A stretch of DNA of 63,547 nucleotides, the filler included, from an uncultured Acidimicrobiia bacterium (GTDB lineage: Bacteria; Actinomycetota; Acidimicrobiia; Spongiisociales; JAOTWH01), in assembly GCA_964347285.1 (NCBI GenBank). It is 3 parts of 3 records of this genome, joined end to end, with 100 filler letters (N's around TTAATTAATTAA, not from the genome) between each part and the next. Parts side by side here need not be neighbours in the genome. Positions count along the whole stretch, not along the records: positions 48,447 to 63,547 come from CAYFYE010000061.1; 2 more parts are not named here. The stretch is one strand, 5' to 3'. A program made the translations under genes and the position numbers. The notes beneath the pieces are model-generated. The model did no database searches and had not been told where the DNA came from. It saw only the letters and a list, made by a program, of their open reading frames with translations. This document shows, one piece after another, positions 60,407 through 63,547 of this stretch. Each line of letters starts with the position of its first letter. The stretch's first letter is position 1.

Positions 60407-60722
60407 GACTTCGTCTCCGTTGCGCCGAGTGGCGATCGCCGCCTCGCCACCGATGCTGGCCGATCTGCTGGCCAGGCTCTTGGATCGGCCGGGCCTGGAG
60501 GTGGTACGGGTGTCTGAGACCTCGGCGGCCGGGGCCGGGCCCTTCGACGTGGCGGTGCGGGTCGGCGAGGCGGCCCCGCCGTTAGCGGCCGAGGTGACCA
60601 TCGTTCTCTCCGACGTTCCTGGGGCGGGCTGCTGGGCCGCGGTCCACAGCGGCGAGGGCATCGCGACCATTCCGGTCACCCGCCTCGGCCAGCTCGTCGA
60701 GCTGGTGGAGAGCCGCGGCTGA
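60405..60722 (+). CDS. Small hypothetical protein, possibly a degenerate receiver fold
   Basis: RRVAIAASPPMLADLLARLL..GLEVV..FDVAV shows a beta/alpha pattern; the overlapping kinase tail reads like an antisense shadow. Confidence 0.5.
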   Translation: MTSSPLRRVAIAASPPMLADLLARLLDRPGLEVVRVSETSAAGAGPFDVAVRVGEAAPPLAAEVTIVLSDVPGAGCWAAVHSGEGIATIPVTRLGQLVELVESRG

Positions 60723-62189
60723 GTCGCTCCGGCCCGACTCCTCGGCCACGGGCAGACACAAGACGAAGCGAGTACTCCCCGGCCTGCTCGAGTCCAACCA
60801 CAGGCGTCCTCCCTGGGCCCCCATGAGGTCACTGCCGATGGACAGGCCCAGCCCCAGACCGCGCCCGTCGAGGCTGGCGCCGCGCGTGAAGATCTCTCCC
60901 TGGAGCTCGGCGGGTATTCCCGGTCCGCTGTCGTGCACCTCGATGTGGACCTCATCGCCCGCCCGGAATGCCCGGACTTCGACCGGGGCTCCCGGGGCGT
61001 GGGTGCGGGCGTTCTCCAGCAATCCTTGGACCACCTCGGCGGTGGAGTGCACGTTCCCCCATGCGTACAGGCTGCGGGACACGTGCAGCGTCACCTCGGC
61101 GCCGTACAACTGCTGAACGGAGACTGCTCCGACCAAGGCGTCGGCGACCGGGAAGGGAGCGTTCTCGCCCTTCGGGATCGTGAGCAAGTTGCGCAGCAGA
61201 CCGATTTCGGTGCGGATGGTTGCTTCCAGGCTGGCCAGCGTTGCGGTTGATGCGCCGGGGTCGTGTCGACCCAGCAAATGGGTGGCATGATCGATAGCGG
61301 CGAGTGCCGACTTGGCCTCGTGGCGCCGATGTTCGGCGGCGGCGAGCTCGCTCCGGGCCTCCGCTTGGAGCCGGGCCAGGGTGGCGTGAGAGCGGCGCAG
61401 ACGTTCGTTCTGTTCGGAGTATTGCCTCTGCACCTCGGCGGCCGCGCCGAGCAAGGCAAGGAGCAGCCCGAGCATGAGTACTGCGCCGGCTCCGGCGACG
61501 AGCACGAATTCCGATTCGGCCGACACCAGGTGGCTCAGCTCGACGAAAGCGAGTGCCACCAGGCCCAGGCCGAACCATCCTGGCAGCGAGTCTCTTCGCA
61601 CCAGGCCGACCGACAGGTAGGCGGTGCCCAGTGAGCCCCAGACCGCCGCCAGCACGATCGTCAGCCAGGCATCCGGCTCGGGCCTCCCGGCCGCCAGATT
61701 GGCGATGACGGTGGCGATGCCCAACAGGGCGGCGGCGCCGGCCGTGGTCCGATACGGACCAGGAGTCAGGTCCAGGGCCGGGCTCCGCAGCCCATGGAGC
61801 AAAACGACGACGGTGCCGATCACTACCAGCGCCCAGAGCCCGCCGGAGGCGTACGCCGCTGTAGTGCCGGGGCCCGTCGTCGGCTCTGTGAGAACGAATG
61901 CGCCGATGAGAATGGCGGCGGTACCCATCCAGGCCGCTGGGGCAGCGCCCCGGTGATGCCACCACCGCAGGAGGAGCACCGCCAGAGCGATGCTCACTGC
62001 GGCCGCGGCGGCCGCCAGAACACCTTCGAGCAGGCCGGTGTCGAGGCCGCCCCAGGGGTGGCGGGGATCCTGGGAGGCGACCGCGAAGGACACGAAGACG
62101 GCCGCCAGCAGCGCTGCTCCAAGCAGGAGTGCGGCTGCGGGCGAATACCGCTTGGCTCGCTCGCCGTGGGAGATCTTCCCGTCCTCCAT
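60582..62189 (-). CDS. Membrane sensor histidine kinase
   Basis: About 8-9 transmembrane helices, coiled coil, HEAKSAL (H box), LLENARTHA (N), DSGPGI (G1), GLGLGL (G2). Confidence 0.9.
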   Translation of the reverse strand: MEDGKISHGERAKRYSPAAALLLGAALLAAVFVSFAVASQDPRHPWGGLDTGLLEGVLAAAAAAVSIALAVLLLRWWHHRGAAPAAWMGTAAILIGAFVLTEPTTGPGTTAAYASGGLWALVVIGTVVVLLHGLRSPALDLTPGPYRTTAGAAALLGIATVIANLAAGRPEPDAWLTIVLAAVWGSLGTAYLSVGLVRRDSLPGWFGLGLVALAFVELSHLVSAESEFVLVAGAGAVLMLGLLLALLGAAAEVQRQYSEQNERLRRSHATLARLQAEARSELAAAEHRRHEAKSALAAIDHATHLLGRHDPGASTATLASLEATIRTEIGLLRNLLTIPKGENAPFPVADALVGAVSVQQLYGAEVTLHVSRSLYAWGNVHSTAEVVQGLLENARTHAPGAPVEVRAFRAGDEVHIEVHDSGPGIPAELQGEIFTRGASLDGRGLGLGLSIGSDLMGAQGGRLWLDSSRPGSTRFVLCLPVAEESGRSDSAAALHQLDELAEAGDRNGRDALAAVDRGPAARPRNVGENDGHLGR

Positions 62190-62334
62190 GTGGTTTCCCG
62201 TTTGATCCTGGCCCCGACACAGAGTGTCAGGGCCATGATTGTGCCAAAAAAACCACGGAGAGGCAACCTCTTTGCCACAAATAGTGTTATTTTCTCGCCG
62301 CGACGACCGAAGCGGCTTACCCCGTATGGAGGGC

Positions 62335-63336
62335 TTACTCCGTATAGAAGCGGTCGTCGACGAGCCGTTCGGCTACATAGCCGCCGACGGGGTGGAACCG
62401 GTAGTGCTCGAAGTCCTTCTGGAATTCCAGGTCGAGCGGGGAGGGACCGTCCCGATTCTTCTCGATCGTGAAGACCACCTGCTGTTTGAAGGTCTCGGCT
62501 CGGACCGAATCGTAGGCGGTGTGGACGTTGGAGACGGCCCGGAACTTGTCGTTCAGCATCACGACGACGTCGGCCTCGTAGGCGAGCGCCGAAGAGCCCC
62601 GCAGGTGGTGCATCCGGAGGCGGCGAGCGTTCAGGCCGGCCCGATCCCCGGCGACCACGGCCACGACTGCTATGCCGCGCGACAGGGCGATCTCCTTGAG
62701 GCCCTCGGTGATTCGGGTGACCCTCCGCCCCTCGTCGGGGGCGCCCTGCACCGGCACCTTCTGCAGGTAGTCGACGAAGAGAATGGCCTCGCCGGCTCCG
62801 TGATCTTCGGTCGCCTCGTCGAGCTGACGCAACCCGGTGTGGGCGCTGGAAGCTCTGATGAGCCACAGCCGCCCGGCGTATCCGGAAAGCCGGTTGGCGG
62901 CGGTGCGCACGAGGTCGCTCCCCGGAGCGACCTCGTCGATCGTGCGGTCGCCGGTGGCAATGGCCCGCACCAGGGCTCGCACCTCGGCACTCCGCTCGAG
63001 GTCGCTCTCGTCTGCGATCGTGCCGATCTCGGCAAGGAGCAGGCGGGCGAACAGCGAGGCCTGATCGTGCTCGTAGGAGGCGAAGATCGCCGTCTTGCCC
63101 GCCTCGGCCAAGCTGCGAGCCCACTGCAGGCTGGCGACGGTCTTGCCCACCCCGGGCCCACCTCCCACGAGGACGAGATCCTGACCCCGCAGCCCCCCAT
63201 CGAGGGCTCGATCCAACGGATCAAACCCGGTGCTGTAACTGACCGGTCCCGCCGATGGTGCCTCGCCGGCCTCGATTCCTTCGAGCACCGAGGCCATCGA
63301 CCGGGGCTTGCCGACTTCGGTGGCGAGCTGAATCAT
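62335..63336 (-). CDS. Stand-alone DnaB-like (SF4/RecA-fold) ATPase, copy 2
   Basis: TGFDPLD, GGPGVGKT, YEHD, FVDYLQ, LRGSSALAYEAD, EKNRDGP; 333 aa, same length as copy 1. Confidence 0.88.
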   Translation of the reverse strand: MIQLATEVGKPRSMASVLEGIEAGEAPSAGPVSYSTGFDPLDRALDGGLRGQDLVLVGGGPGVGKTVASLQWARSLAEAGKTAIFASYEHDQASLFARLLLAEIGTIADESDLERSAEVRALVRAIATGDRTIDEVAPGSDLVRTAANRLSGYAGRLWLIRASSAHTGLRQLDEATEDHGAGEAILFVDYLQKVPVQGAPDEGRRVTRITEGLKEIALSRGIAVVAVVAGDRAGLNARRLRMHHLRGSSALAYEADVVVMLNDKFRAVSNVHTAYDSVRAETFKQQVVFTIEKNRDGPSPLDLEFQKDFEHYRFHPVGGYVAERLVDDRFYTE

Positions 63337-63349
63337 GGTGATATCCCCC

Positions 63350-63547
63350 TCATCCGAACAGTGTCCTCCACATCCGCAGGGCGGCCGGCCCGAGCAGCAC
63401 GATGAAGAGGCTGGGGAAGATGCAGAAGATCAGCGGGAAGACGATCTTGACCGGCACCTTGAAGGCGCGCTCTTCGGCCCGCTGGCGGCGCTTGTCGCGC
63501 ATCTCGGCGGCCTGGACCCGCAAGGTATGGGCGATGGGGAGGCCGTA
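63350..63547 (-). CDS. tadC: 3' end of a second TadC (truncated by window edge; absent from the ORF track)
   Basis: Manual translation YGLPIAHTLRVQAAEMRDKRRQRAEERAFKVPVKIVFPLIFCIFPSLFIVLLGPAALRMWRTLFG*, clearly homologous to TadC copy 1. Confidence 0.88.
   Translation of the reverse strand, partial: YGLPIAHTLRVQAAEMRDKRRQRAEERAFKVPVKIVFPLIFCIFPSLFIVLLGPAALRMWRTLFG

Noticed and set aside
59699..60955. 418-aa version of regulator 2 from the ORF track
   Set aside because: The extension is low-complexity and overlaps the kinase; ATG 60406 has a ribosome-binding site and matches the paralogue's length.
62240..62290. c-di-GMP-I riboswitch suggested by GGCAAA near pilus genes
   Set aside because: It lacks the GNRA-capped P2 and the GCAAA/P3 architecture.

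Overview
This window is high-GC actinobacterial DNA. Gene content (mreBCD-mrdA-rodA, an LPxTG surface protein, a secretin-less Tad locus) suggests Acidimicrobiia, which is an inference. It consists of three contigs joined by artificial 100-nt spacers (N44-TTAATTAATTAA-N44) at 24338-24437 and 48347-48446, so adjacency across these spacers is not biological. Contig 1 carries thrC, fsa/tal, rho, rpmE, prfA, prmC, tsaC, glyA, a complete F1Fo atp operon and a cell-envelope glycan locus. Contig 2 starts with an integrase 3' end facing tRNA-Ala(GGC), followed by housekeeping genes (rsfS, LCP, nadD, CoxD/E-like pair, obgE, rpmA, rplU, rne/rng, tdk, rodA, mrdA, mreDCB, ndk, folC, valS), a candidate anti-Shine-Dalgarno sRNA and a sortase-anchored adhesin. 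Contig 3 begins in a tRNA 3' end and carries a radical SAM gene, a full Tad/Flp pilus operon, two NarL/LuxR regulators with a histidine kinase, and the end of a second Tad operon. The main candidate for a new system is that both Tad operons end with a tightly linked, stand-alone DnaB/SF4-type ATPase directly after tadC. The intervening regulatory region has three copies of one 23-nt near-palindromic box. Three genes (folC, rsfS, a cupin) appear to need non-canonical start codons. All assignments come from motif recognition by eye; no database searches were run.
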